Positions 1 through 9,270 of a DNA stretch of 64,000 nt are shown one piece after another. Position 1 is the stretch's first letter. Each line of letters begins with the position of its first letter. The translations under genes and the position numbers were made by a program. Location: contig JBEPZY010000001.1 in assembly GCA_041640595.1 (NCBI GenBank), forward strand, positions 66,657-130,656, read 5' to 3'. Source of the DNA: Gemmatales bacterium. Lineage in GTDB: Bacteria; Planctomycetota; Planctomycetia; Gemmatales; HRBIN36. The notes beneath the pieces were generated by a model. It did not search any database, had not been told where the DNA came from, and was given only the letters and a program-made list of their open reading frames with translations.

Positions 1-719
1 TCAGCGCTCCGGAAATCTGGCACTTTCACAAAATCAACAAGATACCCCTGCGCGAAGTTCTGCGTCGGCTTAAAGATGCAGGCATGGGGAGCTTACCGGG
101 AGGCGGTGCGGAAATCCTTGTGGATCGCGTCCGTAAAGCCATTACGGTGAATAAATGCCTCACCGACGAATGGCTCGAAGTGCACCGCGTCTGGCACGAA
201 CTGGGGGGCAAATCCACCTGTACCATGATGTTCGGTCATGTCGAAACTCTGGCTGAGCGGATTGAAACCCTGGAGCGGTTACGGCAACTGCAGGATGAAA
301 CCGGCGGATTCACCGCCTTTATCTGCTGGACCTTCCAGCCGGAAAATACCGAGCTGGCCTATATTCCTCCGGCCGGTGCTTTCGAATACCTGAAAACCCA
401 GGCAGTAAGCCGACTCTATTTAGACAATATCAAGAACATTCAATCCTCCTGGGTCACTCAAGGGCCCAAAATTGGGCAACTTGGCCTCTTATTCGGCGCC
501 AATGATATGGGAAGTTTAATGATTGAGGAGAACGTCGTTGCTGCCGCTGGCACCATTTATTACCTCACCCTGGAAGAAATCAAGAACGCTATCCGCGAGA
601 TTGGTTATATTCCACGCCAGCGAAATGTCTTTTACGAATACGTGGACGCCGAACCGAACGAACCCATCCCATCCAGACCTTCGCCATATTCTACGCCGAT
701 TAGCCTTCCCGTTATTTAG
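1..719 (+). CDS. Radical-SAM menaquinone biosynthesis enzyme of the futalosine pathway (MqnC/MqnE, CofH-like family), C-terminal part; 5' end lies outside the window
   Basis: Frame 3 is open from base 3 (SAPEIWHFHKINK...) and runs into listed ORF 84..719. Family-typical blocks: LPGGGAEIL, TMMFGHVET..ERIE.LE.LR.LQDETGGFTAFI.W.FQPENT, LFGANDMGSLMIEENVVAAAG. I cannot separate MqnC from MqnE by eye. Confidence 0.75.
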   Translation, partial: SAPEIWHFHKINKIPLREVLRRLKDAGMGSLPGGGAEILVDRVRKAITVNKCLTDEWLEVHRVWHELGGKSTCTMMFGHVETLAERIETLERLRQLQDETGGFTAFICWTFQPENTELAYIPPAGAFEYLKTQAVSRLYLDNIKNIQSSWVTQGPKIGQLGLLFGANDMGSLMIEENVVAAAGTIYYLTLEEIKNAIREIGYIPRQRNVFYEYVDAEPNEPIPSRPSPYSTPISLPVI

Positions 720-902
720 ACAAATCTCATCATCTTGACGGCGTCGGTAGCGGCTACACTCAGAGTGAACCGGAAAGAGGTGAATAAGCCGCTTGGTTGA
801 TAAATTTTCGCCAGTTTCGCACGGCCAGAAAAATTCCCATCCGCTCAAGTTTGGCCTGGAGCTGTTCGACTACAACATTGACGCCGGTCAAGGAGGAAGC
901 GC

Positions 903-1418
903 TTGGATAGTCCACCCAATCTCGGCTTTCTAACGGTGCTACAGGAGTCCACGGGCTGGATCGGCGCGCTTTTGGTCACCAATCACTGGGGCCGCCCTTA
1001 TGAGTTTCATATCACCAGCCCGGTGCAACCGACGCGCATACAGCAGATTCTTTATGGCCCCACCTGGAAGACCTATATTTGTGCTGAGGTGCTGAGCAAG
1101 GCCTTGCTAAGCAAGGCCAGCCTGCCTCTCGACTTCGTCGTCACCGACACGCCAGAGATACTTATTAGTGCGGCCCTGCCGGTCCCCGCGGTACTATTGG
1201 AAACTAATCCCCAAAACACGAGTGCAACCCCAGGCGTCGTTCTCATTGCCAGCGAGTCCTGGCAGTTGCTCTTGCCACCTTCACAAGCCGGCCACGAACA
1301 ACGGTTGCGCGACTTGTTAGCGAAACTAACTGGTTTCGACTTCGCCGAACCCTTTGATCGCTTGTGCGAGGCTATCCGCGAATCCCGGCGCTTGGGAGTT
1401 CTGAACCGTGCCGCTTAG
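903..1418 (+). CDS. Hypothetical protein, 171 aa, no recognised domain
   Basis: ORF with a TTG start 5 nt after a strong SD AAGGAGGAAG (889..898). Globular-looking composition (GFLTVLQESTGWIGALLVTNHWGRPYEFHITSPVQPTRIQQILYGPTW...). No catalytic or binding motif that I can name. Confidence 0.55.
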   Translation: MDSPPNLGFLTVLQESTGWIGALLVTNHWGRPYEFHITSPVQPTRIQQILYGPTWKTYICAEVLSKALLSKASLPLDFVVTDTPEILISAALPVPAVLLETNPQNTSATPGVVLIASESWQLLLPPSQAGHEQRLRDLLAKLTGFDFAEPFDRLCEAIRESRRLGVLNRAA

Positions 1419-1538
1419 TTCTAAACAGGCGACATCTTATCTCATTGAAATGTGCCTGGCCGGCTATTCTTCACAAAACGAAAACCAGGCGAGCCAGGAT
1501 ATTCCAGTCGTTTCTAGCTTTCCACTTAGCGTATGCTG

Positions 1539-1554
1539 CCAGGTACACACCTGG
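1539..1554 (+). terminator. Possible weak intrinsic terminator or hairpin after the 171-aa gene
   Basis: Perfect 6-bp hairpin CCAGGT-acac-ACCTGG followed by TATTTAGGTT, about 120 nt after the stop at 1418, inside an AT-richer non-coding-looking spacer. Confidence 0.25.
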
Positions 1555-1701
1555 TATTTAGGTTCGCCAACTCCGCAACTATTTTCGCATGCCCCGGAAA
1601 GTCATACCGTTTGTCGCGTTCGGACAGTTCATGTGCCGGCTAGCATACCACGTGTGAAATCGTACCGCTTTCCTCAGATCGAACGACCGGTAAGTCTCAA
1701 T

Positions 1702-3234
1702 ATGCACAACGACAGTGTCGAGGTTCAAACCTCGGCTAGGTTGCAAAGTCTGATTCATGAACGTACTGCACCTGCCAGGTCGAAACTGCCTGGAAGCTTA
1801 GTCTCAATGCAGGAGCGATTGTTTTACTTGTTACAGCCGCCGGTGCAAACTTTTTTCCGCGGGCGACAGTTACCGTTACCCGCCCGGCCGTTTCCTTATC
1901 AGTGGCAGGGAATCGCATTTTTGCTACCACGTAAATTCGCGCTGCTGGCTGACGAAATGGGCCTGGGCAAGACCATGCAAGCCATTCTCACGCTCCGCTT
2001 GCTTTATCATCTTGGCGAAATTAATAACGCCTTGATTATTTGTCCCAAGCCTTTAGTACCCAACTGGCTCCGCGAATTTCGCTTCTGGGCACCGGAAATT
2101 TCGGTCGAAGCAGTGGTCGGAGACTCCTCCCTGCGTTCTCTGCTGTGGGTGGGCCCGGCCATAGTAAAAGTTGCTAACTACGAGCTTCTACACCGTGATG
2201 CGGATTTCTTATCGCAACGAGGAGCCTCTTTCGACCTGGTAATCCTGGATGAAGCTCAACGCATCAAGAATGCCGAATCGAAAACTGCATCCCTGGTGCG
2301 CGAACTGCGCGGCCAGCGCAACTGGGCACTTAGCGGTACGCCCATAGAAAATAGCATTACTGACCTTTACAGCATCTTTGAATTTCTGCAACCTAAGCTG
2401 CTTCAGCCTGATATGCCCGTTGCTCAGATCAAGGACTTACTTCGAGATTACGTCCTGCGAAGAACGAAAGAGCAGGCAGCACCAGATTTGCCTCCCAAAC
2501 TGATCCGCGATGTAGCCATCGAACTGGGGGCCAGGCAGCGTGAAAGCTACGATCGGGCCGAACAGGAGGGCGTTATATTTCTCAAAAGCCTCGGAAGGCA
2601 GATCACTGTCAGGCATGTTTTTGAATTGATCATTCGTCTCAAGCAAATTTGTAATTTTGATCCCGCCAGTGGCGAAAGTGCCAAGTTGCAGCAACTATAC
2701 TCCGACTTAGAGGAAGTTCTAGCAAGCGGGAGAAAAGCCCTGATATTCTCGCAATGGGTCGAACCACTCCAGCAGATTGCTGCAGAGTTCCGAGCGTGGA
2801 ATCCCGTGCAATTTCATGGTAGTTTGCCCCCGGCGACCCGGCAGGCTAATCTGCATCGCTTTCAGGAAGACCCGGCTTGCCGGTTATTACTCCTCACTTA
2901 TAGCAGTGGTGGCGTCGGGCTTAATTTGCAATGCGCGAACTATGTTTTTCTCTTTGATCGCTGGTGGAATCCAGCCGTTGAGGAACAGGCAATCAATCGT
3001 GTCCACCGCATCGGTCAGAAAGAACCGGTTTTCGTTACTCGGTATTTAGTGCCGGATACCATTGAATCTCGCATTCAGGAAATCCTCGATCGTAAACGGC
3101 AACTTTTTCAAGAGGTGATCGGCGATCAGCTGGGGCCTGCATCACTAGGCTTATCGCATGAGGAGTTGTTCGGACTATTCGACCTGCCATTGCCAGATCA
3201 ACACGTTCAATCTATTGAACGATGCGCAGCTTAG
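1702..3234 (+). CDS. Compact SNF2/Swi2 family DNA-dependent ATPase (helicase-like), about 510 aa
   Basis: SNF2_N motifs LADEMGLGKTMQAI (motif I) and VILDEAQRIKN (DEAQ box). Helicase_C motifs LIFSQW..., LLLTYSSGGVGLNLQCANYVFLFDRWWNPAVEEQAINRVHRIGQ. The track ORF starts at 1408, but codons 1-98 are Cys/His/Trp-rich and AT-richer (non-coding-like), so I chose ATG 1702. The start is uncertain. Confidence 0.85.
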   Translation: MHNDSVEVQTSARLQSLIHERTAPARSKLPGSLVSMQERLFYLLQPPVQTFFRGRQLPLPARPFPYQWQGIAFLLPRKFALLADEMGLGKTMQAILTLRLLYHLGEINNALIICPKPLVPNWLREFRFWAPEISVEAVVGDSSLRSLLWVGPAIVKVANYELLHRDADFLSQRGASFDLVILDEAQRIKNAESKTASLVRELRGQRNWALSGTPIENSITDLYSIFEFLQPKLLQPDMPVAQIKDLLRDYVLRRTKEQAAPDLPPKLIRDVAIELGARQRESYDRAEQEGVIFLKSLGRQITVRHVFELIIRLKQICNFDPASGESAKLQQLYSDLEEVLASGRKALIFSQWVEPLQQIAAEFRAWNPVQFHGSLPPATRQANLHRFQEDPACRLLLLTYSSGGVGLNLQCANYVFLFDRWWNPAVEEQAINRVHRIGQKEPVFVTRYLVPDTIESRIQEILDRKRQLFQEVIGDQLGPASLGLSHEELFGLFDLPLPDQHVQSIERCAA

Positions 3235-5707
3235 AATATCGAAAGAATCCGCCGGCTAAATCGTTGCTAATCGCAAACAACCTGCTGAGAAATTCCAGGT
3301 CTCGATTACTGAAATGCCAGAAATTCCCTCCCACCGCAAAATTTTGCATGCCCGCACTTAGTGCCTGATCGGCTTGTTGCAAGGCCATGTATCTTTCTAA
3401 ATCAGCATTTGTAAGGGTCACCACGCTTGAAATGTAGGTCTTATTGCCAAATGCTAGTGGGTTGTCGAAGAGCGAATCGCTCCAGGTTGCGCTGGCGAAA
3501 GGCGTTGATCGCGTCAAAGAAGGGCCGGTGTCGGCGTCCCCAGTTAGCTTTTCTACGTTAGATACCAGGGGCCTGCGAATTGAACCAGACGGCCTGGCGG
3601 AAGTGCTGCGTGCTCGGCTGTTGGCTATCGGTAAGCCTTCGATATACAAGCTCCAGTTGACCAGGCGACCGGTATCACCGCCAGCCCTGTCCTGGATGCG
3701 TAAAGTCCAGGTGCCGGAAGCATCTTGATCGCGGAAAACTCCCAGGGGCTGTTCAGGACGGTAACTACCACGGAACGGGGCGATTCCTGCAGCGATTGGA
3801 ACGTCGGCCTGGTCAGTGAGGACGGTGTCAGCAAAATTATCACCGGAACCGCCCCGTCGGTTTGCTAGGGTTATTGTTTTTCCCGACGGAGAGGTTAGCG
3901 TGATGACCAAATCGCCCGTCCAGCTATGCTCGACATTCAACTGTACCTGCACGTTGGTAATTTTCACTGGTTGGGAAACGATAAGCGAAGCAGTTGTTGT
4001 TGCATAATCGCGAATTGGTGCGTTTAGTGTACCGCTGCGATAGGTATAAATGGGTGTCAAGGTGATTTGAGTCACATAGGCGTCCCGAACTGGATCACCG
4101 TTGATGCCGTCCGCGTTCTGGTCCATCGGGTTACCAGCCAGATCGGTAACGTTCGGCCCTATTCGCAAGGTATAGGTACCCGGCTGGGTTTGCGGAGCAA
4201 ATGTTAGATCAAATGTGCTGCCTGGTGCATTCTGGTTTATTCGGCGGATAGACAGGAGTCGGACTCGTTGATTGCCGGGATCGGTGACCACCACACTATC
4301 CGCTGAAAAAGTGGCGATCGTCTCGCTAAAAGTTACCTGTGCTCCGAGCAGCGCCTGAGCGGTTCTGTTCCAATTAACGCGTAGCACCCGGGGCCCTAAG
4401 GTATCCCGAACTGGTGATTCTTGTAGAGCACGCTCAAGATTAAGCCGCCCTCCGGTGAGCAACTTCCCTTGAAGGGAAGGCAAGGGGTCCACTGTCTTCA
4501 ATAGACGATCCTTAACCTGCCGAAAATTCCAGTCCGGATGCATGGCCCATAACAAAGCAGCGGCACCGCTTACGTGGGGGGCGGCCATAGATGTCCCGCT
4601 CCAGCTTGCATAGCCGTCGTTCGGCAACGTGCTGAGTATTCCGACGCCAGGGGCAGCCAGGTGGACTGTGCTCGGCCCGAAGTTGGAAAAGGTGGCCAGG
4701 TTATCGTTACGGTCGCTAGCGGCGACGGCCAGAATATTAGTATTAGGGAAACTCGCCGGGTATGTAGGGGTCTGGTCGTTGTTCGTGCCGTTGTTTCCCG
4801 CCGCGGTAACGAAAAGCACCCCAGCGTTTTCCGCGCGATTGATGGCTTGCGCGAGGATACTACTGTAACCAGCACCGCCCCAGCTGGCGTTGATGATGCG
4901 GGCGCCCATCTGCACAGCGTAATCAATGGCCCGCACCGCATCCGCTACCGTACCGGTACCATTCGAACTAAGAAATTTCACCGCCATCAAGCGAACATTC
5001 CAGGCAACTCCTGCAATGCCGCGTCCATTATTGGCAACAGCACCGATAATTCCCGCAACATGCGTGCCATGTCCATGATCGTCCATCGGGTCGCTATCGT
5101 TATTGGCGAAATCGTACCCGAACACGTCATCTATATAACCGTTGCCATCGTCATCGAGGCCGTTATTAGGAATTTCGCGCGAATTGCGCCACATATTAGC
5201 GGCCAGGTCAGAATGCTTGTAATCTATGCCGGTGTCAATCACCGCTACGGTGATATTAGAGGCATTGGTATTTATATCCCAGGCGGCCAGGGCACGGATA
5301 TCCGCGCCTGTTTGATTGTTTGCCAAGGCCCATTGCGAAGAAAACATAGGATCATTGGGGACGGCGGCGAGCTGGATGCGGTAGTTGGGCTCTACTCGGA
5401 TCACCCCAGGCACGGCGCGCAAAAGCCTCACGGCATCGGCCAGCGTGGTTTGGGGTTGCAGGCGCAGTTCGTAAACGTCCGCAGCGATTCTTTTCGTCTC
5501 GCTAAACAGTTTTTGATAACCGGTGAACAATGTTAGAGCACTCTCGCTCGAAGTGCGAACTAACACCGTATCCTTGGCGTAGTTGTGCGGCTGAACCTGA
5601 AGGTGCCAGAGCGGATACTGAACCGGAGCCAATCGTTCTTCAAGCGTTTCGACCAGTAGCTGCACACGGCGAGCGTGTGAGCCAGCATAAGGATAGCGAC
5701 CGGGCAT
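3212..5707 (-). CDS. Secreted subtilisin-like serine protease (peptidase S8) with a C-terminal proprotein-convertase P-domain
   Basis: Catalytic triad contexts VAVIDTGID (Asp), HGTHVAGIIG (His), GTSMAAPHVSGAAALL (Ser). P-domain-like block VEHSWTGDLVITLTSPSGKTITL...GTWTLRIQDRAGGDTGRLVNWSLYI. Start moved to the Met of MPGRYPYAG... (5707), just before RRVQLLVETLEERLAP. The track start 5842 is possible. Confidence 0.85.
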   Translation of the reverse strand: MPGRYPYAGSHARRVQLLVETLEERLAPVQYPLWHLQVQPHNYAKDTVLVRTSSESALTLFTGYQKLFSETKRIAADVYELRLQPQTTLADAVRLLRAVPGVIRVEPNYRIQLAAVPNDPMFSSQWALANNQTGADIRALAAWDINTNASNITVAVIDTGIDYKHSDLAANMWRNSREIPNNGLDDDGNGYIDDVFGYDFANNDSDPMDDHGHGTHVAGIIGAVANNGRGIAGVAWNVRLMAVKFLSSNGTGTVADAVRAIDYAVQMGARIINASWGGAGYSSILAQAINRAENAGVLFVTAAGNNGTNNDQTPTYPASFPNTNILAVAASDRNDNLATFSNFGPSTVHLAAPGVGILSTLPNDGYASWSGTSMAAPHVSGAAALLWAMHPDWNFRQVKDRLLKTVDPLPSLQGKLLTGGRLNLERALQESPVRDTLGPRVLRVNWNRTAQALLGAQVTFSETIATFSADSVVVTDPGNQRVRLLSIRRINQNAPGSTFDLTFAPQTQPGTYTLRIGPNVTDLAGNPMDQNADGINGDPVRDAYVTQITLTPIYTYRSGTLNAPIRDYATTTASLIVSQPVKITNVQVQLNVEHSWTGDLVITLTSPSGKTITLANRRGGSGDNFADTVLTDQADVPIAAGIAPFRGSYRPEQPLGVFRDQDASGTWTLRIQDRAGGDTGRLVNWSLYIEGLPIANSRARSTSARPSGSIRRPLVSNVEKLTGDADTGPSLTRSTPFASATWSDSLFDNPLAFGNKTYISSVVTLTNADLERYMALQQADQALSAGMQNFAVGGNFWHFSNRDLEFLSRLFAISNDLAGGFFRYSKLRIVQ

Positions 5708-6037
5708 GTCGTTCTCCCAGGCTTGGACGGGAAAGCCATGGGGAGCCGGGCCAAACCGCTCACCAATCCAGCAGGAAATTTCGTGCGTTCGGCAAAATCG
5801 GTAAAGCCCGGTGAAATGGCTGGTTCGTTGTTTCCGATACATTCTTACTACACGGAACGACCCGAGTCAAACATACGGTCGGCAAATCCGGCGCAACAAG
5901 CATTACCAGCACGTCATCGCGCGGGGAGGTTTTTGCTCCGCAAAGCAAGCAGTTTTTACCCGGCCTAACGGTCATGCACCCTTTGCGAGGCGATTCACCC
6001 GGCTTACATTAACTCCAGGAAAATCAGGAGCCGTATC

Positions 6038-7873
6038 ATGCAACCCGGCGAACGATTGGGTACGTTTACCATCGAAAAAGAGCTCGGTCAGGGCGCCATG
6101 GGAGCGGTCTATCTGGCGCGGCACGAGGAGACCGGCCGGCGTGTCGCCCTGAAGCTCATGCTGGCCGGGCTCGACTCCAATCCCAAAGCCCAGGCACGCT
6201 TTGAGCGGGAAGCGGATGTTCTCAAGCAACTGCGCCACCCGAACGTGGTTCAGCTTGTAGCCATAGGGAAGTTTCGTGGTCGGCCTTTTTATGCGATGGA
6301 GTTTATTGAGGGAGAAAGTTTAGACCGCGTTCTGGAACGCCGTCGGCGACTCAGCTGGCAGGAGGCTGCCGAAATCGCTAAGCAGGTCTGTGCCGCCCTG
6401 CAACACGTTCATGACAAAGGCATCCTGCACCGCGACCTCAAGCCCAGCAACCTGATGGTTACCAAGGATGGAAAGGTGAAGTTAACCGATTTCGGCATTG
6501 CCAAGGACTTAGATCGCACTGCGCTTACCTCTGCCAACTATACCGTGGGAACAGCGGCCTATATGTCGCCTGAACAGTGTCGGGGTGAAGCCGATATTGA
6601 CCACCGAACGGACCTTTATTCGCTCGGCGTTGTGTTATTTGAGCTTATCGCCGGTCGGCGGCCTTTTGAAGCCGATAGTCCTGTGCAGATGCTTATGAAG
6701 CACTTGCGTGCTAAACCTCCCCGAGTACGCGAATTTGCTCCAGATGTCCCGGCGGAATTGGACAGCTTAATTGACCAGTTATTAGAGAAAAAACGCGATC
6801 ATCGGCCCCGCGATGCCAAAACGGTTGCTCAAACTCTAGAACGTATTCTCGAACAATATAGAGAGGGAAAAAGTCTGGCGGTAGATGCGGCTAAGCAGTT
6901 AACGCGAACTAGCTCCGATGAAGATAAAAGCGCCGCTCGTGCCATTCTCACTACCCGAGAAAGAAAATCCTCACGCCGCCGCTGGTCACGCAAACAGAAG
7001 GAGAAACTTTTTACAGCGCTTGGATTATCTTTCATGCTGATGCTTATTGTCGGCCTAGTGGTCTATATTCTCTGGCCCGACCCGGATAAGCCACTCCGTG
7101 AAGCCGTTGCCCTTTATGAAAGAGGCGAGGCTCTTTATAAGGAAGGGCAGACCGGCGACGCCTTTGCCATCTGGTACGATGCGATACGAAAATTAGAGTT
7201 AGTCGCTGGCCAGGAAGAAGGTGAGCGTGCAAACCAGGCTCGAAACTACCTGTGGCGTATCGAAGCTGCTATGATCCTGGACCGGCTCCAGAAGTTTTTG
7301 CAAAACAAAGAAACCTGGGCCTCTGTGGAACGTTCCCTAACCAGCGAAGCACAACGTGCGCGGAAAGATTTAGAACGCATCTGGGCTCGGGAGTTTGATA
7401 ACATCGAGTTTGCCGAACTAGCACGATCACTCATAGCAAAGCTGGAGGTGCCGCATCTTATAGAGGAAATTCAAAAGCTCGCGCATGTGCAGGAGCCGAA
7501 AAGCTGGCCCGAAGCCCGGCTGAAAATCAAATATTTCCTGGAACGTTACGCGATGCGTGCAGAAGCACAGGAGGCTAAAGAAATTGTTCAGCGGATTCAA
7601 CTTCGGCTCGACAAACATCAGTTCGCACTCGATTGGCTCCGGCGGCAACAACCCCGGGAAATTCACTCCCATCCGGTGATTGAAGCTGCCTTGCAAGCAC
7701 TCGAACATGAGCAGGTCGGTCAGGTAGAGCCAGCCCTAAACCTCTGGCAACAAATCGCTACATTACGCACAGGCCAAAACACGCCTCCGGAGTGGAAACG
7801 ATTTGTCGGTCTCCCTGACATGGAAGGCTGGATACTCCTGGCGGAGGAAAAATTGCAGGCACTTAAGAAATAA
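6038..7873 (+). CDS. Hanks-type Ser/Thr protein kinase with one TM helix and a long helical C-terminal region
   Basis: GQGAMGAV (G-loop), VALK (Lys), HRDLKPSNLMV, DFGIAK, YMSPEQ. TM segment LFTALGLSFMLMLIVGLVVYILW. SD AGGAG 8 nt upstream of the ATG. Confidence 0.9.
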   Translation: MQPGERLGTFTIEKELGQGAMGAVYLARHEETGRRVALKLMLAGLDSNPKAQARFEREADVLKQLRHPNVVQLVAIGKFRGRPFYAMEFIEGESLDRVLERRRRLSWQEAAEIAKQVCAALQHVHDKGILHRDLKPSNLMVTKDGKVKLTDFGIAKDLDRTALTSANYTVGTAAYMSPEQCRGEADIDHRTDLYSLGVVLFELIAGRRPFEADSPVQMLMKHLRAKPPRVREFAPDVPAELDSLIDQLLEKKRDHRPRDAKTVAQTLERILEQYREGKSLAVDAAKQLTRTSSDEDKSAARAILTTRERKSSRRRWSRKQKEKLFTALGLSFMLMLIVGLVVYILWPDPDKPLREAVALYERGEALYKEGQTGDAFAIWYDAIRKLELVAGQEEGERANQARNYLWRIEAAMILDRLQKFLQNKETWASVERSLTSEAQRARKDLERIWAREFDNIEFAELARSLIAKLEVPHLIEEIQKLAHVQEPKSWPEARLKIKYFLERYAMRAEAQEAKEIVQRIQLRLDKHQFALDWLRRQQPREIHSHPVIEAALQALEHEQVGQVEPALNLWQQIATLRTGQNTPPEWKRFVGLPDMEGWILLAEEKLQALKK

Positions 7874-7944
7874 CGCGAATGCAACAAAATTGCCGCGATA
7901 CTTTTCAAACCTTCCGAGAATATAGCTAAGGGTGAACGCACACT

Positions 7945-9270
7945 ATGACCACAACCTTCCCACGTGAACGCAGTCGCTATGCTTATCAACGAGCGGTGCA
8001 AGTCATTCCCGGCGGCGTGAACAGTCCTGCTCGCGCTTTCGGCGCAGTGGGCGGAGATCCCATATTCATTTCGCGCGGACAGGGGCCTTATATTTGGGAT
8101 ATAGACGGGAACCGCTATATAGATTATGTAGCTTCCTGGGGGCCGTTGATATTAGGCCACGCATATCCGGCAGTGCTATCAGCAATTGAAGAGGTGGCGC
8201 GTTGTGGCACCAGCTTTGGTGCTCCGACCGAGCGCGAAACCGAGTTAGCAGAGCTGATATGTAGAGCCGTCCCCGGCGTGGAAATGGTGCGCCTGGTCAA
8301 TTCGGGGACAGAAGCTGCCATGAGCGCCATTCGTTTGGCGCGTGGTTTTACCGGCCGAAATCGCATTATAAAGTTTGCTGGATGTTATCATGGCCACGTG
8401 GATTCTTTGCTCGTGCAGGCAGGTTCCAGCGCCACAACATTAGGCGTGCCGAATAGCCCCGGTGTCACACCGGGTTGCACTGCCGACACTATCTGCTTGC
8501 ACTATAATGATGTATCCGCGTTGGAAGAGGCTTTCCGAACCCAAGGCACAACTATCGCTGCCGTTATTTTAGAGCCAGTCGTTGGCAACATGGGTGTAGT
8601 TTTACCTACCCGTGATTTTCTCCATGCGGCACGCGAACTTACACAACGGTATGGCGCCTTGCTTATTTACGACGAAGTTATGACCGGTTTCCGTCTTGCC
8701 TGGGGCGGGGCGCAGGAGTTCTTAGCTCGTCAACAACTCCAACCTAAAGAAGGACCCGACTTAGTCGTTCTAGGCAAGATCATAGGCGGGGGACTTCCTG
8801 TCGGGGCGTATGGAGGTCGAGCTGAGATCATGAAGAAAATCGCTCCTGTTGGGCCAGTCTTTCAGGCCGGCACACTGTCGGGAAATCCATTGGCTGTAGC
8901 CTGTGGTTTGGCCACCTTGCGGGAACTAGAAAGGTTGCAACCTTACGATTTATTAGAACGCCGAACCAAACGGCTTTGTCAAGGGCTTAGCGAACTGGCG
9001 CGCAATCATTCAATCCCCCATCAGATCGCCCAGGCAGGAAGTATGTGGACGCTGTTTTTCCATGAGCAACCTGTTACCGACTACCGCGAAGCACTGAAAA
9101 GCGACACCAAACGATTTGCTAAGTTTTTCTGGGCAATGCTCGAACGCGGTGTATATCTGCCGTGCAGCCAATTTGAAGCAGCCTTCGTGTCCACAGCTCA
9201 TGATGATGCTATCTTAGACCAGACACTCGCGATAGCTCGTGAGGCCTTCGCCGAGTTAGTGTCGGGCTAA
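7945..9270 (+). CDS. hemL: Glutamate-1-semialdehyde 2,1-aminomutase
   Basis: Full-length match to the family pattern: VIPGGVNSPARAF, GTSFGAPTE.E..LAE, YDEVMTGFR, PLP-lysine context LGKIIGGGLPVGAYGG. Confidence 0.92.
   Translation: MTTTFPRERSRYAYQRAVQVIPGGVNSPARAFGAVGGDPIFISRGQGPYIWDIDGNRYIDYVASWGPLILGHAYPAVLSAIEEVARCGTSFGAPTERETELAELICRAVPGVEMVRLVNSGTEAAMSAIRLARGFTGRNRIIKFAGCYHGHVDSLLVQAGSSATTLGVPNSPGVTPGCTADTICLHYNDVSALEEAFRTQGTTIAAVILEPVVGNMGVVLPTRDFLHAARELTQRYGALLIYDEVMTGFRLAWGGAQEFLARQQLQPKEGPDLVVLGKIIGGGLPVGAYGGRAEIMKKIAPVGPVFQAGTLSGNPLAVACGLATLRELERLQPYDLLERRTKRLCQGLSELARNHSIPHQIAQAGSMWTLFFHEQPVTDYREALKSDTKRFAKFFWAMLERGVYLPCSQFEAAFVSTAHDDAILDQTLAIAREAFAELVSG

Noticed and set aside
1408-1701. 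98-codon N-terminal extension of the SNF2 ORF, overlapping the upstream gene stop
   Set aside because: The segment is AT-richer, Cys/His/Trp/Ser-rich and contains a hairpin. SNF2 homology starts well after ATG 1702. It is kept only as an alternative start.
4574-5536. 320-aa plus-strand ORF (plus 123-aa and 79-aa ORFs nearby)
   Set aside because: It is antisense to the S8 protease catalytic domain, whose D/H/S motifs are unambiguous on the minus strand.
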